From an uncultured Flavobacteriales bacterium (lineage in GTDB: Bacteria; Bacteroidota; Bacteroidia; UBA10329), in contig CALCGD010000268.1 in assembly GCA_937900875.1 (NCBI GenBank), positions 4,334-68,333 of the forward strand: DNA of 64,000 nucleotides, in the 5' to 3' direction. The position numbers and the translations under genes are program-made. The stretch's first letter is position 1. Every line of letters starts with the position of its first letter. The notes below the pieces were generated by a model. That model ran no database searches and had not been told where the DNA came from. It worked only from the letters and a program-made list of their open reading frames with translations. Shown piece by piece: positions 10,257 through 19,284 of this stretch.

Positions 10257-13200
10257 TTATTCGACATGCTGTTTAAAGTACTCATCAACCATGTTCCGGT
10301 AGAACGGATTTAAGTTTGGAGGTACAGTTCTTAGCAGTTCAGTCTCATTATTTTTCCGTCTTATATACTCGAAAAATATCTCAGGGTTACCATAATCTTC
10401 ATTTTGTGCTTCTTTAGACTCTCTCCGCTCTTCTTGTTCCCTTTCTCTCTCTGCTTTTTCTGCCTCTAAGAGCTTCGTTAGAATTTCTTGTTGACGCATC
10501 AAGGTTTCTTGCGTAATCATTTTGTTTACGAGGTCGGTTTCAGTCTGCTCCATGAGCTCTTGTAGTTTTTTCATTTCTCCACCAGCCCCTGCACTTCCAG
10601 CTTTTCCGTCTTTTTTTAACTGAGATTCGTACTCCCTGGCCATGTTTCTTAAGGCCTCCTGTTGTGCCGCCATTTTTGCGAACTCTTTACTCATGCCTTT
10701 ATTTCCAGGAGACATACCGGGCTTATCGCCTGGTTTCTTTCCACCCGGACTCATGCCTTTTTTCATACTTTCCATCTGCTTGTTCATCTGCTCTTGCAGA
10801 CTTCGCATAGCGCCAGCGGAGGGTTTTCCGCTGCTACCTGGTTTATTACAAGAACCAGAACCAGGCATTGACGATGCCATGGCTTGCTGCATTTGCTGAA
10901 CCGTTTCACTTAGCATCAATGCTAGGTTGTTTATTGAGGTCAGGGCAAACTGTTGCCGCGACAAAGCATCTGAAGTCTTCCTATCCGCCATATTTTGGAT
11001 GGACTTCTTCATGTTGCTATTAACCGCTCTTATTTCCCGATTTACAATCGTTTCTATTTGTGGAAAACGCTTACTAAGTGCGTATAAAGAATCTTCAATC
11101 AATTTACTATCGTCTTTCAGCTTGAGCTGCTCTCGCGCCAAATCAGTGTACTTGGGATCGTTCTGATTGGTGATTTTTAAGGTGCTAATGAGTTTTTCTT
11201 CATCAAAAGACAGCGTGAGTAAATTCTCTACAATTTGTCGCAGCGCCTCTAAATCTTCTTGTTGCCCCTGCGCTTGCATTTGCATCATCATATTGCCCAT
11301 TTTTTGAGCCATGTTTTTCATTTGATCGGACGCCTTTTTCTGAGATTCTGACGCTTTTTTGTTCTGCTCTTTGTCTAGTTGTTCTTGACTTTCCTTTTGG
11401 CTGTTTTCAACCGATTCTTCCTCATTTTCAAAGTCCTCCATATCGTTAGGACTTTCTAAATCGCTGTTCTTTTTTTCTAAATCGTCTAACTCTTTCTTTA
11501 TATCCTCGAATTTCTCATTCAGTTTTTCTTGTTTATCTGAAAGTTCTTCATTCTCACCCGTTTTTTCTTTTGTCTCTTCAGATAACTCTTCTTGTTCTTT
11601 CGCTAACTCTTCTAAACGTTCCATCGTTTGTTCAAGTTTTTGTTCAAACTCTAATTGCTTAAACAATTCGAGGCTACGATCAAGCTCTTTTTCAAGGTCT
11701 TCATTGCTGAGTTCTATGTCTTCAAGAAGTTCCTGAGCCTTGTCTTTGGTCATTTCCTCCATCAATTTTTCCATTTCATCAAACAACTTCTTCATGTCTT
11801 CAGACATAACCTCTTCAAATAGTTTTTCAAGTTGTTTCTGCTTTTCAACCAACTGCGGGTCAAACTCCATCATCTCATTCATTTTGGAGTTTTTCTGTTC
11901 GCTCTTTTGTTGAACGTCTTCCATGCGGTTTTGCAGGCTTTTTTGCATTGCTAAAACCTGTTTCATTTTTTCTTTATCCTCCCAATCAAGATTCTTTTTG
12001 TCGAGCAAGTCTTTCTGAAGATCTTCAATTGACTTCTTCATTTCCTTAGCCATTTTCAGACTTTCAGTAAGGTTCTCTTTCAGTTTTTCGCTTTGTAAGT
12101 CATTTTCCTTGGCCAATTCGTCCATCGTTGCAATGCGGTAAGTGCTTTTTTCGGTCCGACTAGACTTGCTTCCGTTTACTCCATCATTGTCCCATACTTC
12201 GAAGTAGTATTCAATGGCATCACCTGGCACAAGTCCGATAGAAGAAAGGTCCCAGAAATGGTAAAACGACTCTGACCGTTGACCCTTAGAAACATTTAGA
12301 GCGACCTCGGATAATTCATTTGACTTATCCAACTTCTTATACTTGAAAACCAAAGAGGAGAAGCCGTAATCATCTTTAATCTGGCCGTTGAAATACATCC
12401 GCTTTGGATTTAGCGAATCTTCTACACCAATTACCGAAATAGATGGGTATAAATCTGGAATAATGGTTACCGTATAACGAACAGAATCACCAGAATTGAT
12501 GAATTTATTTGAACCGACTAACGCATAGTTTGTGCTTCTAGAGAATCGTTGAGAAAAACTAAATCCGTTTTCAGAAGTCCGATCAACGTTTTGCTTTTCC
12601 TTACCGAAAAACACAGTGACGGCTTCTGTTTTCGAAGTACTTAACTCCCAATTTACCTTAGTCCCTTCTGGAATCAAAAGGTCTCCTGTATTGGACAGAG
12701 ATTCATCCGTTCGTCCAATGTATTTTGGGAATTCAAGTGATATATGGAAGCCAACCAAATTCGGTTTTGGTAGAACGCTAAGTGTATGAGTTGGTGAGTT
12801 AAACCCGTTTCCTTCAAACTTAAAATCAACGTTTTCTCTTGGTTGATGAAAAACGTATGAGAATTTGGCTGCACTTAACTTGTTCATTAACGTGCGTTTG
12901 CCAGCTACCTCCACATAAAGATCGTTCGGAACTTCGTTTCCATCAAGAGACACAAGGAGTTCAAAATCTTGCATTTCAATTGTGCTTAGTTCTTCGTTTT
13001 GAATATTGAAAAGAAACGGGGCAAGATTTTCAAATGCCGTTCTGTGATTAACAATTCTTCTAGTTCCTTCTCTAACCAAAGTGGGCCAAAGCAGCAAAAG
13101 ACCAATAAGCAACAAAAGAGGAGGTAAAGCATACCGTAAAAAATGCCTGTTTTCTTTTAAATCGATGGCTGTTGAAAATGGAATAGGCTTTAGTTCGCCT

Positions 13201-13643
13201 ATTCGTTGGTCGATACTTGCTAATAGGAGTTCGGAACTAGAACCCTCAGCTGTTTGCTGAAGCTGAAGCGTATTTAGCAAGCGATCCTCAATGTTCGTAA
13301 AATGCTTACCAACAATTGATGCTGCTTCTTCGTAAGAAATACCTGGGCGGAGTTTCCAAATTCGAATAAGTGGCTCAATTATCCATCGGCCCATGGCAAG
13401 AGCAGAAATACCAATTAGAGAGTAGAAGAAAACGGTTCTACCAGTGATACCAAATCGAACAAAATATTCGAGAGAAACAAAGGCAACAAAAAATGCAACC
13501 AGCAAACCTGTTGTCAACAAAACCCCACGAATTAGCTGATTCAGATAAAACTTCTGAATAAACTCATCTAGCTTTTGCTTTAATTGTAATCCGTCTTCGC
13601 TCATTTTTAACTCAACGCTACTAACATTTCTTTGTTGCTGCAA
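10257..13643 (-). CDS. Large membrane protein with very long E/K/Q/M-rich coiled coil; DUF4175-like (family assignment recalled from memory, not verified)
   Basis: 1128 aa with N-terminal TM helices, a central globular region, about 450 aa of low-complexity charged coiled coil, and Gly/Pro/Ser-rich linkers. It is divergent from gltX. Confidence 0.7.
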   Translation of the reverse strand: MQQQRNVSSVELKMSEDGLQLKQKLDEFIQKFYLNQLIRGVLLTTGLLVAFFVAFVSLEYFVRFGITGRTVFFYSLIGISALAMGRWIIEPLIRIWKLRPGISYEEAASIVGKHFTNIEDRLLNTLQLQQTAEGSSSELLLASIDQRIGELKPIPFSTAIDLKENRHFLRYALPPLLLLIGLLLLWPTLVREGTRRIVNHRTAFENLAPFLFNIQNEELSTIEMQDFELLVSLDGNEVPNDLYVEVAGKRTLMNKLSAAKFSYVFHQPRENVDFKFEGNGFNSPTHTLSVLPKPNLVGFHISLEFPKYIGRTDESLSNTGDLLIPEGTKVNWELSTSKTEAVTVFFGKEKQNVDRTSENGFSFSQRFSRSTNYALVGSNKFINSGDSVRYTVTIIPDLYPSISVIGVEDSLNPKRMYFNGQIKDDYGFSSLVFKYKKLDKSNELSEVALNVSKGQRSESFYHFWDLSSIGLVPGDAIEYYFEVWDNDGVNGSKSSRTEKSTYRIATMDELAKENDLQSEKLKENLTESLKMAKEMKKSIEDLQKDLLDKKNLDWEDKEKMKQVLAMQKSLQNRMEDVQQKSEQKNSKMNEMMEFDPQLVEKQKQLEKLFEEVMSEDMKKLFDEMEKLMEEMTKDKAQELLEDIELSNEDLEKELDRSLELFKQLEFEQKLEQTMERLEELAKEQEELSEETKEKTGENEELSDKQEKLNEKFEDIKKELDDLEKKNSDLESPNDMEDFENEEESVENSQKESQEQLDKEQNKKASESQKKASDQMKNMAQKMGNMMMQMQAQGQQEDLEALRQIVENLLTLSFDEEKLISTLKITNQNDPKYTDLAREQLKLKDDSKLIEDSLYALSKRFPQIETIVNREIRAVNSNMKKSIQNMADRKTSDALSRQQFALTSINNLALMLSETVQQMQQAMASSMPGSGSCNKPGSSGKPSAGAMRSLQEQMNKQMESMKKGMSPGGKKPGDKPGMSPGNKGMSKEFAKMAAQQEALRNMAREYESQLKKDGKAGSAGAGGEMKKLQELMEQTETDLVNKMITQETLMRQQEILTKLLEAEKAEREREQEERRESKEAQNEDYGNPEIFFEYIRRKNNETELLRTVPPNLNPFYRNMVDEYFKQHVE

Positions 13644-13737
13644 TTAGCAAAAATAGGGCTATTCCAAGGCTTCTAACTTTCGAGCCTTCCATAAAGATGA
13701 AATAAGGCTAACTTCGCGCGCCCAAAATCAACCTCAA

Positions 13738-15267
13738 ATGGAGAACAGAAAAGTTAGAGTAAGATTTGCGCCTAGCCCAACGGGTCCGCTACATATTGGA
13801 GGCGTTAGAACCGCTCTTTACAATTATCTACTTGCGAAGAAAATGGGTGGAGACTTCATTCTTAGAATTGAGGATACCGACCAAAATCGATATATCGAGG
13901 CTGCCGAAGAACATATTCTTGATGCTCTTGAGTGGTGCGGAATGAAGATAGATGAAGGCCCCAAAACAGGTGGGCCGTACGGCCCATATCGGCAGTCTGA
14001 ACGCAAAGAAAGTTATCGAGAGTTTGCAGACCAGCTTATTAAAAGCGGGCATGCTTACTATGCGTTTGATACTTCTGAAGAATTGACCGAAATGCGAGAA
14101 AGGTTGACCGCAGCAAAGGTTGCGGCACCGCAGTACAACGCGGTTACACGTGAAACAATGAAAAATTCGTTGACCCTTTCTGAGGATGAGGTCAAAAAGC
14201 GAATTGATGAAGGAGAACCGTACGTAATTAGGATTAAGATTCCTAGGAAAGAAGAAGTACGGTTTCATGATGCAATTCGAGGGTGGGTTGTCGTTCATAC
14301 GTCTCAAATGGACGATAAGGTTCTTTTCAAGTCAGACGGAATGCCTACTTATCATTTGGCAAATATTGTTGATGACTACAAGATGAAAATCACCCACGTA
14401 ATCCGTGGAGAGGAGTGGTTGCCATCAGCACCTCTTCATGTACTACTTTACAGATACTTAGGCTGGGAAGATGTAATGCCAATTTTGGCGCACTTACCCC
14501 TAATTCTAAAGCCAGACGGAAACGGAAAACTGAGCAAAAGAGATGGAGACCGATTGGGATTTCCTGTGTTTCCTTTGAATTGGATGGACCCAAAGTCAGG
14601 AGAACAATCACATGGTTATAAAGAACGTGGCTATTTTCCAGAAGCATTCGTGAACATGTTAGCAATGTTGGGCTGGAATCCAGGAACGCCACAAGAAATA
14701 TTCACTTTTGATGAATTGGTACAAGCATTTTCACTAGAACGTGTTGGGAAGTCAGGCTCCAAGTTTGACCCTGAAAAGGCGAAATGGTACAACCAGCAAT
14801 ATCTTAGAACAAGAGATGATGCTGAATTAGCAGAGATTTTTTCCAAATCCCTTGTAGAGAAAGAAATCAATGTAGACTTCGAGTACATTAAAGCTGTTTG
14901 TTCACTTATCAAAGAGAAAACGCAATTCACAAACGAATTTTGGGATTTTGGGAATTACTTCTTCCAAAAACCATCCTCATACGATGAAAAAGTGGTGAGC
15001 AAGCGTTGGAATGAGAGTGCTGAAAGGTTTTTCCCTGTTTTAGCAAATGCTTTGGAAAGCTTGAATAACTGGAAAGCTGACGAACTTGAAGGAACTTTTA
15101 AATCGACCGCAGAAGACTTAGAGATTAATCCAGGCCAAGTAATGCAATTGTTTAGGGTATTGCTTAGCGGGCAAGCCGGAGGTCCTGTCTTATTTGAAAT
15201 GACTGAGTTACTCGGAAAAGAGGAAGTAATTTCTCGTTTACGAGAAGGAGTAGAAAAACTAAAGTAA
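13738..15267 (+). CDS. gltX: Glutamate--tRNA ligase
   Basis: HIGH (PTGPLHIGG) and KMSKS-like (KLSKRDG) class I motifs; full-length GluRS architecture. Confidence 0.95.
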   Translation: MENRKVRVRFAPSPTGPLHIGGVRTALYNYLLAKKMGGDFILRIEDTDQNRYIEAAEEHILDALEWCGMKIDEGPKTGGPYGPYRQSERKESYREFADQLIKSGHAYYAFDTSEELTEMRERLTAAKVAAPQYNAVTRETMKNSLTLSEDEVKKRIDEGEPYVIRIKIPRKEEVRFHDAIRGWVVVHTSQMDDKVLFKSDGMPTYHLANIVDDYKMKITHVIRGEEWLPSAPLHVLLYRYLGWEDVMPILAHLPLILKPDGNGKLSKRDGDRLGFPVFPLNWMDPKSGEQSHGYKERGYFPEAFVNMLAMLGWNPGTPQEIFTFDELVQAFSLERVGKSGSKFDPEKAKWYNQQYLRTRDDAELAEIFSKSLVEKEINVDFEYIKAVCSLIKEKTQFTNEFWDFGNYFFQKPSSYDEKVVSKRWNESAERFFPVLANALESLNNWKADELEGTFKSTAEDLEINPGQVMQLFRVLLSGQAGGPVLFEMTELLGKEEVISRLREGVEKLK

Positions 15268-15620
15268 TGCAAGAGCTTTTTATTGAAGATATAAGTCTAC
15301 ACGCATACCATGGTTGCCTAGAAGAAGAAGGGAGAATTGGGGGGAAGTACAGGATTGACATCAAGGCGGTTGCAGATTTTAATGATTGTGCAGACTCTGA
15401 TGACCTTACAAAAACGGTTGATTATGTGGTCGTTTATAATTTAGTAAAAGCTGAAATGGCAGTAAGATCTAAGCTCATCGAAACAGTTGCTAAAAGAATT
15501 GCACTAAAACTTCAAGAACAATATGCGTGGGTAAACAGTTGGGAGGTAAGCCTCACCAAGTTTAATCCACCTGTTGGCGGAAGCCTTGGACAAAGCCGCG
15601 TTGTTTGGAAGGTAAATTGA
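15267..15620 (+). CDS. folB: Dihydroneopterin aldolase
   Basis: 117 aa, FolB-like (HAYHGCLEEE...GKYRIDIK). It overlaps the gltX stop by 1 nt. Confidence 0.85.
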   Translation: MQELFIEDISLHAYHGCLEEEGRIGGKYRIDIKAVADFNDCADSDDLTKTVDYVVVYNLVKAEMAVRSKLIETVAKRIALKLQEQYAWVNSWEVSLTKFNPPVGGSLGQSRVVWKVN

Positions 15621-15660
15621 AAGTGCTCTCATAAGGCACGGATTATTACTTTTGCACCAT

Positions 15661-15731
15661 GGTCGAGTGGCCGAGCGGTTAGGCAGTGGTCTGCAAAACC
15701 ATCTACAGCGGTTCAAATCCGCTCTCGACCT
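15661..15731 (+). tRNA. tRNA-Cys (anticodon GCA); CCA not encoded
   Basis: Manual fold: acceptor GGTCGAG/CTCGACC, D-arm GCC-GAGCGGTTA-GGC, anticodon stem GTGGT/ACCAT with loop CTGCAAA, short variable loop, T-arm AGCGG-TTCAAAT-CCGCT, discriminator U. Confidence 0.85.
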
Positions 15732-15734
15732 CAT

Positions 15735-15775
15735 AAAACCCCACCCGTTAAGGGTGGGGTTTTGTATTTTTGATA
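15735..15775 (+). terminator. Rho-independent terminator after tRNA-Cys
   Basis: CCCCACCC-GTTAA-GGGTGGGG hairpin followed by TTTTGTATTTTT. Confidence 0.8.
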
Positions 15776-15798
15776 GGAGTTATCTAATTAAATTCATC

Positions 15799-16590
15799 AT
15801 GAAACACATCGTTATTGTAATCGGATTAACGCTTTTTGTTCAAGCGTCCTACGCTCAGTATGGTGATTATTCTGTGCGGGTAGAAGTGGAAGGAAATGGC
15901 TTCGCACATTTTACCGAGGTTTATTTTGAAGATGATGGATGGAACCCACCTACAACGATTCCTACATATGGTTGGGATGGCTGTTGTGATGCGTTACTTA
16001 ACATGGGTAATCCTTGGCAGCCACATATTTTCACTCAAGTTGTTGCTCCACCAGCCCCAACAAATAATCACCGAATTTCAATTAACGGATTGCCACATGT
16101 GTTTGAGCATACCGAAGTTCCATTAGGGTTCTTACCTGGAGAATTGGCCCAATATACCTTCACATTTGAAGAACTTTATACTCTGCCAATAGGTATGTCG
16201 GTAGAGTTGGAGGACCACACCCAAAATGTAATTCAAGACCTTCTTGTAGATTCTGTCTATACGACTTGGGGTGCAGTTTCTGATGACGAGGAGCGATTTA
16301 CCTTGCATTTTTATCCGGAAAACGTAACCTCAACCTTTAGTCAAGACTCAAGAACTCGAACGCTAACATCTTGGTCAAACGAAGAAATGTTGGTAATAAG
16401 CGGAATTGAAACCCTTGGGCTGAAAATGGCAAAACTCACCGACATGTTTGGAAGAGTAGTATGGGAAGGAGCAGTTCCTGAAGGAGAAAAAGTTTTTTCT
16501 ATGAGTAGAAATCAGATAGCCTCTGGTGTATACATTTTTGAGTTAATTACTGATAAAACGAAACACCAATCGTTGAAAATTAGTATTTAA
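15799..16590 (+). CDS. Secreted protein with T9SS type-A C-terminal sorting domain. The ORF-track start at 15652 is an artefact that overlaps the tRNA.
   Basis: In-frame Met at 15799 gives signal peptide MKHIVIVIGLTLFVQASYAQ. The C-terminus (...GVYIFELITDKTKHQSLKISI) fits the Por_Secre_tail pattern. Confidence 0.75.
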   Translation: MKHIVIVIGLTLFVQASYAQYGDYSVRVEVEGNGFAHFTEVYFEDDGWNPPTTIPTYGWDGCCDALLNMGNPWQPHIFTQVVAPPAPTNNHRISINGLPHVFEHTEVPLGFLPGELAQYTFTFEELYTLPIGMSVELEDHTQNVIQDLLVDSVYTTWGAVSDDEERFTLHFYPENVTSTFSQDSRTRTLTSWSNEEMLVISGIETLGLKMAKLTDMFGRVVWEGAVPEGEKVFSMSRNQIASGVYIFELITDKTKHQSLKISI

Positions 16591-16607
16591 CAAAAAGTTT
16601 TAACTTC

Positions 16608-16817
16608 GTGTTCAAGTATTTAACAATGAAAAAGGCCGCTTCAATATTTTCAGTTTTCGCATTAGCCATCGGTGAGGGTTTTGCACAGCCACTGCCGCCT
16701 CCACCGCCAAACACGGCAATTCCTTTAGACGTAATCGTTTCGTTGTTAGTGTTATCGGGAATTATTTTTGGCGCAATTAAGTTGTACCGCAAGACAAACG
16801 TTACAAATCCAGCATAA
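16608..16817 (+). CDS. Mini membrane protein made of signal peptide, Pro-rich linker and C-terminal TM with basic tail. The start may be at the MKKAAS Met at 16626.
   Basis: MKKAASIFSVFALAIGEGFAQ / PLPPPPPNTAIPLD / VIVSLLVLSGIIFGAIKLY / RKTNVTNPA. Confidence 0.45.
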   Translation: MFKYLTMKKAASIFSVFALAIGEGFAQPLPPPPPNTAIPLDVIVSLLVLSGIIFGAIKLYRKTNVTNPA

Positions 16818-16841
16818 TTCACTTATTGGTAGATGACACCT

Positions 16842-17888
16842 CTATTTTAGCAGTGTTTGATCTCCTAATGCTCGGTTAGCTAAATCAGATAATTGTTGTC
16901 CCATTTTGTCGATGTCGGGCTCTCGAATTGACAAGTAATCAAGAGTACCATCTTGATTTTTTACAATTTTCATGTAGAATAGAAAAGAGCCTTCTGGGGT
17001 TTCTGATTCAAATTTACTCCTACCAAATTTCAAAGTGTAGAAGTTTAGAGTGTCTGAAGAGGGCTGTGTCACCACATATAATTGGTCGCTAAACCAACGC
17101 AACCGCTCTACACCATATTCATCATTAATATCAGAGAGTAAAGAGTGATTTTTCTCAAACTCCACCCAAGAGACGTCTTTCGTCTCATCAAATACCGAGT
17201 AGTAACCAATATGAAAAGCAGAATCTGATTCTGCTACTCCATACCATAGCGCAATATTTAAGGGGGTTGTGCCCACAAAAACAAGCTCTTTATTATCGGG
17301 TTCTAAGGCAAGGTCTTGTTGAAAGACGCTAGAAACAATCATCTTGTTGATTAATCCAGCAATAAGATAAGCGGAGCTAAGAGCAAGACCTAGATAATTG
17401 ATTTTCTGTCGCCAACCATTAGTTCTTCTTATAAAGGAAACAGCAATTACGCTGAGTAAAAATGGTAGCGTGTAAAACAAATCAACCACAAAAACGGTGG
17501 CAATACTTACACGGTAATCAGAAAACGGCAAGAATAGTTGGGTGCCATAGGTTGTTAAACAGTCCAGTAATGGATGTGTGAAAACGGCAAAGAAAAAAAG
17601 TGTCGTCCATTGTTTGAAGTTGGCCTCTGAAGATTTGCGGTACAACCAATTAACCAACCAACCTAAAACGGGTGCCATTAAAACAGCGAAGGTGATTGAA
17701 TGCGAAATTCCTCGGTGGAGCACTATTTCATCAATAGCTCCTCCACCTTTCAACCAAATATAAGCCACGTCTAAATCAGGAATTGTGCCGGCAATTCCGC
17801 CCCAAAGTAACGCCTTGTTTCCAATCTTTTTCCCAAGTACAGCTTCACCCACAGCCGCACCTAAAACAATTTGCGTTAAACTATCCAT
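16842..17888 (-). CDS. Membrane-bound metal-dependent hydrolase (YdjM/DUF457-like N-terminal domain) fused to an uncharacterised C-terminal domain
   Basis: N-terminus MDSLTQIVLGAAVGEAV...IPDLD..HRG.SHS with multiple TM helices; about 150-aa soluble C-terminal extension. Confidence 0.6.
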   Translation of the reverse strand: MDSLTQIVLGAAVGEAVLGKKIGNKALLWGGIAGTIPDLDVAYIWLKGGGAIDEIVLHRGISHSITFAVLMAPVLGWLVNWLYRKSSEANFKQWTTLFFFAVFTHPLLDCLTTYGTQLFLPFSDYRVSIATVFVVDLFYTLPFLLSVIAVSFIRRTNGWRQKINYLGLALSSAYLIAGLINKMIVSSVFQQDLALEPDNKELVFVGTTPLNIALWYGVAESDSAFHIGYYSVFDETKDVSWVEFEKNHSLLSDINDEYGVERLRWFSDQLYVVTQPSSDTLNFYTLKFGRSKFESETPEGSFLFYMKIVKNQDGTLDYLSIREPDIDKMGQQLSDLANRALGDQTLLK

Positions 17889-17965
17889 TTCGCAAATCTA
17901 ACAACAGCGTTGAAGCATAGTTCAGCATTGGCAACAATTGTATCTCCTTTGGCTATATTTGGAAT

Positions 17966-18370
17966 ATGTCAGTACAGGTGAACGACAGAAAACGTGCCCA
18001 GCAATTTTACAATGAAACCCGTGAATGGCTATCTGAAATAAATTCATTGGTTATTGATTTAGTGTTCTTTCAACGGATATTAGATATCTACGGCCTTAAA
18101 GTGTCTGACCCAGTCGAAAAACGAGATATTGAGGGACTCAAAAGCACCCTACTTTCTTTTGTCGAGCATCGAGTAGAAAATCAGAAGCTGAGAAATAAGG
18201 CTCACGAAGAATATTTGCAAAAAGTGATAGAGGATCGTGTGCTTTTAAAAGATAAAGACCTACCGTTTAAGCATAAAGATTTGGCTGGGGAAATGCAAGA
18301 CCTACGGCAAGGTGGTGGTAGACTAAAAAACGAGCTTTACGAGAAGGTTGAGCAACTAAAACAATTTTAA
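17966..18370 (+). CDS. Hypothetical cytoplasmic helical protein
   Basis: 134-aa ORF with coding-like composition. Its stop overlaps the next ORF start by 1 nt. Confidence 0.5.
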   Translation: MSVQVNDRKRAQQFYNETREWLSEINSLVIDLVFFQRILDIYGLKVSDPVEKRDIEGLKSTLLSFVEHRVENQKLRNKAHEEYLQKVIEDRVLLKDKDLPFKHKDLAGEMQDLRQGGGRLKNELYEKVEQLKQF

Positions 18371-18822
18371 TGCTAAGATGCCAATCGTCAATTGTACTCT
18401 TACTAATAACGGTACTTATTTCAGTTAACATTTCGGGGTTTGCTCAGCGTAGACCCAAGGACAAGATTCTTCACGCCAAAGTTTTTGTTGTAACAATGGA
18501 GCAACAAGAAATCAAAAAGAAAAAAGAGCTGCCACCATTTGAAGATGAGCTTACGTTTAAGTCAAATAAGTTCACCTCAAAACACATGCGCCACCCAGAC
18601 ACTGGAGGGTTCCAGCAAGGCGAGTATGCTATTTCAAAAAAGGAAGAACTGTTAGGTGAAATGGTGTACCATTTTGAGGCCGTAAACTCAAATTCCAAAG
18701 GAATGTCTTTAAAATGGGAGGGGCGGGTATTCGGTAATCAGATTGAGGGTACGGCCATCGTATCAAAAAATGGAAAAATTAAACAAGAATTTACTTTTTC
18801 CGGTACGCTCAAGATTAAATAA
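18370..18822 (+). CDS. Hypothetical secreted protein
   Basis: 150 aa; signal peptide (IVLLLITVLISVNISGFAQ); translationally coupled to the upstream ORF. Confidence 0.5.
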   Translation: MLRCQSSIVLLLITVLISVNISGFAQRRPKDKILHAKVFVVTMEQQEIKKKKELPPFEDELTFKSNKFTSKHMRHPDTGGFQQGEYAISKKEELLGEMVYHFEAVNSNSKGMSLKWEGRVFGNQIEGTAIVSKNGKIKQEFTFSGTLKIK

Positions 18823-18828
18823 CCGCAG

Positions 18829-19284
18829 TTATTTAACTACCTCGGCTCTGAACAACTGGTAGGGTACAGCATTCATTTCGCCATCTTGGTTTATCTGTAG
18901 GATACCTTTAAAAGTCACGACTTGATCGGTGCCAAAACGTGGGAATTTACCAGTAGGTAAAAGCTCAACAACGGTTTCTGGTCCTGCGTTGCCGCAGAAG
19001 AAACAATTTGCAAACGGATTGGCAGAAACCATGTACATCCCGAGTTCTATGTCTACCGGAATTACATACCCCTTCACCTTTATTTCCTTACCATTTAGGG
19101 CAAGTAAGTCTTTCGAGAATTCGGGAGGCTTGATGTTTACTTCAAATCCAAATGTTTCAGAATATTGGCGATGGAATTTAACTTGTGAAAAAGAACTCCA
19201 ACTAACAGTGGTTTGCGCAAATGTGCCAGAAATGAAGAAACAGGTAAGGGCAATGCTCAGCATTATTTTCGTTAGGAATTTCAT
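18829..19284 (-). CDS. Small secreted protein, paralog 1, with conserved CFFCGNAGPE motif (possibly DUF3299-like; family recalled, not verified)
   Basis: Signal peptide; motifs GYVIPVD and VSANPFANCFFCGNAGPETVVEL shared with the adjacent paralog. It is the last gene of the ABC operon. Confidence 0.65.
   Translation of the reverse strand: MKFLTKIMLSIALTCFFISGTFAQTTVSWSSFSQVKFHRQYSETFGFEVNIKPPEFSKDLLALNGKEIKVKGYVIPVDIELGMYMVSANPFANCFFCGNAGPETVVELLPTGKFPRFGTDQVVTFKGILQINQDGEMNAVPYQLFRAEVVK

Noticed and set aside
10642-11166. Plus-strand ORFs 10642..10899, 10662..10871, 10927..11166 and minus 12674..12874
   Set aside because: They lie inside or antisense to the 1128-aa coiled-coil gene, whose low-complexity codons generate open antisense frames.
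13824-15364. Minus-strand ORFs antisense to gltX/folB (13824..14307, 14390..14692, 14631..14930, 14955..15272, 15164..15364) and plus 14415..14621
   Set aside because: gltX is unambiguous across the full length. The antisense ORFs have no features and atypical composition.
15652-15798. N-terminal 49 codons of ORF 15652..16590 (MHHGRVAERLG...)
   Set aside because: This stretch is the tRNA-Cys gene and its terminator read in frame. A signal-peptide-bearing start at 15799 explains the gene.
16580-16822. Minus-strand 80-aa ORF overlapping the mini-protein ORF
   Set aside because: Antisense, and the poly-Gly reading is an artefact of the proline codons. The plus-strand ORF has a coherent signal/TM architecture, though neither is proven.
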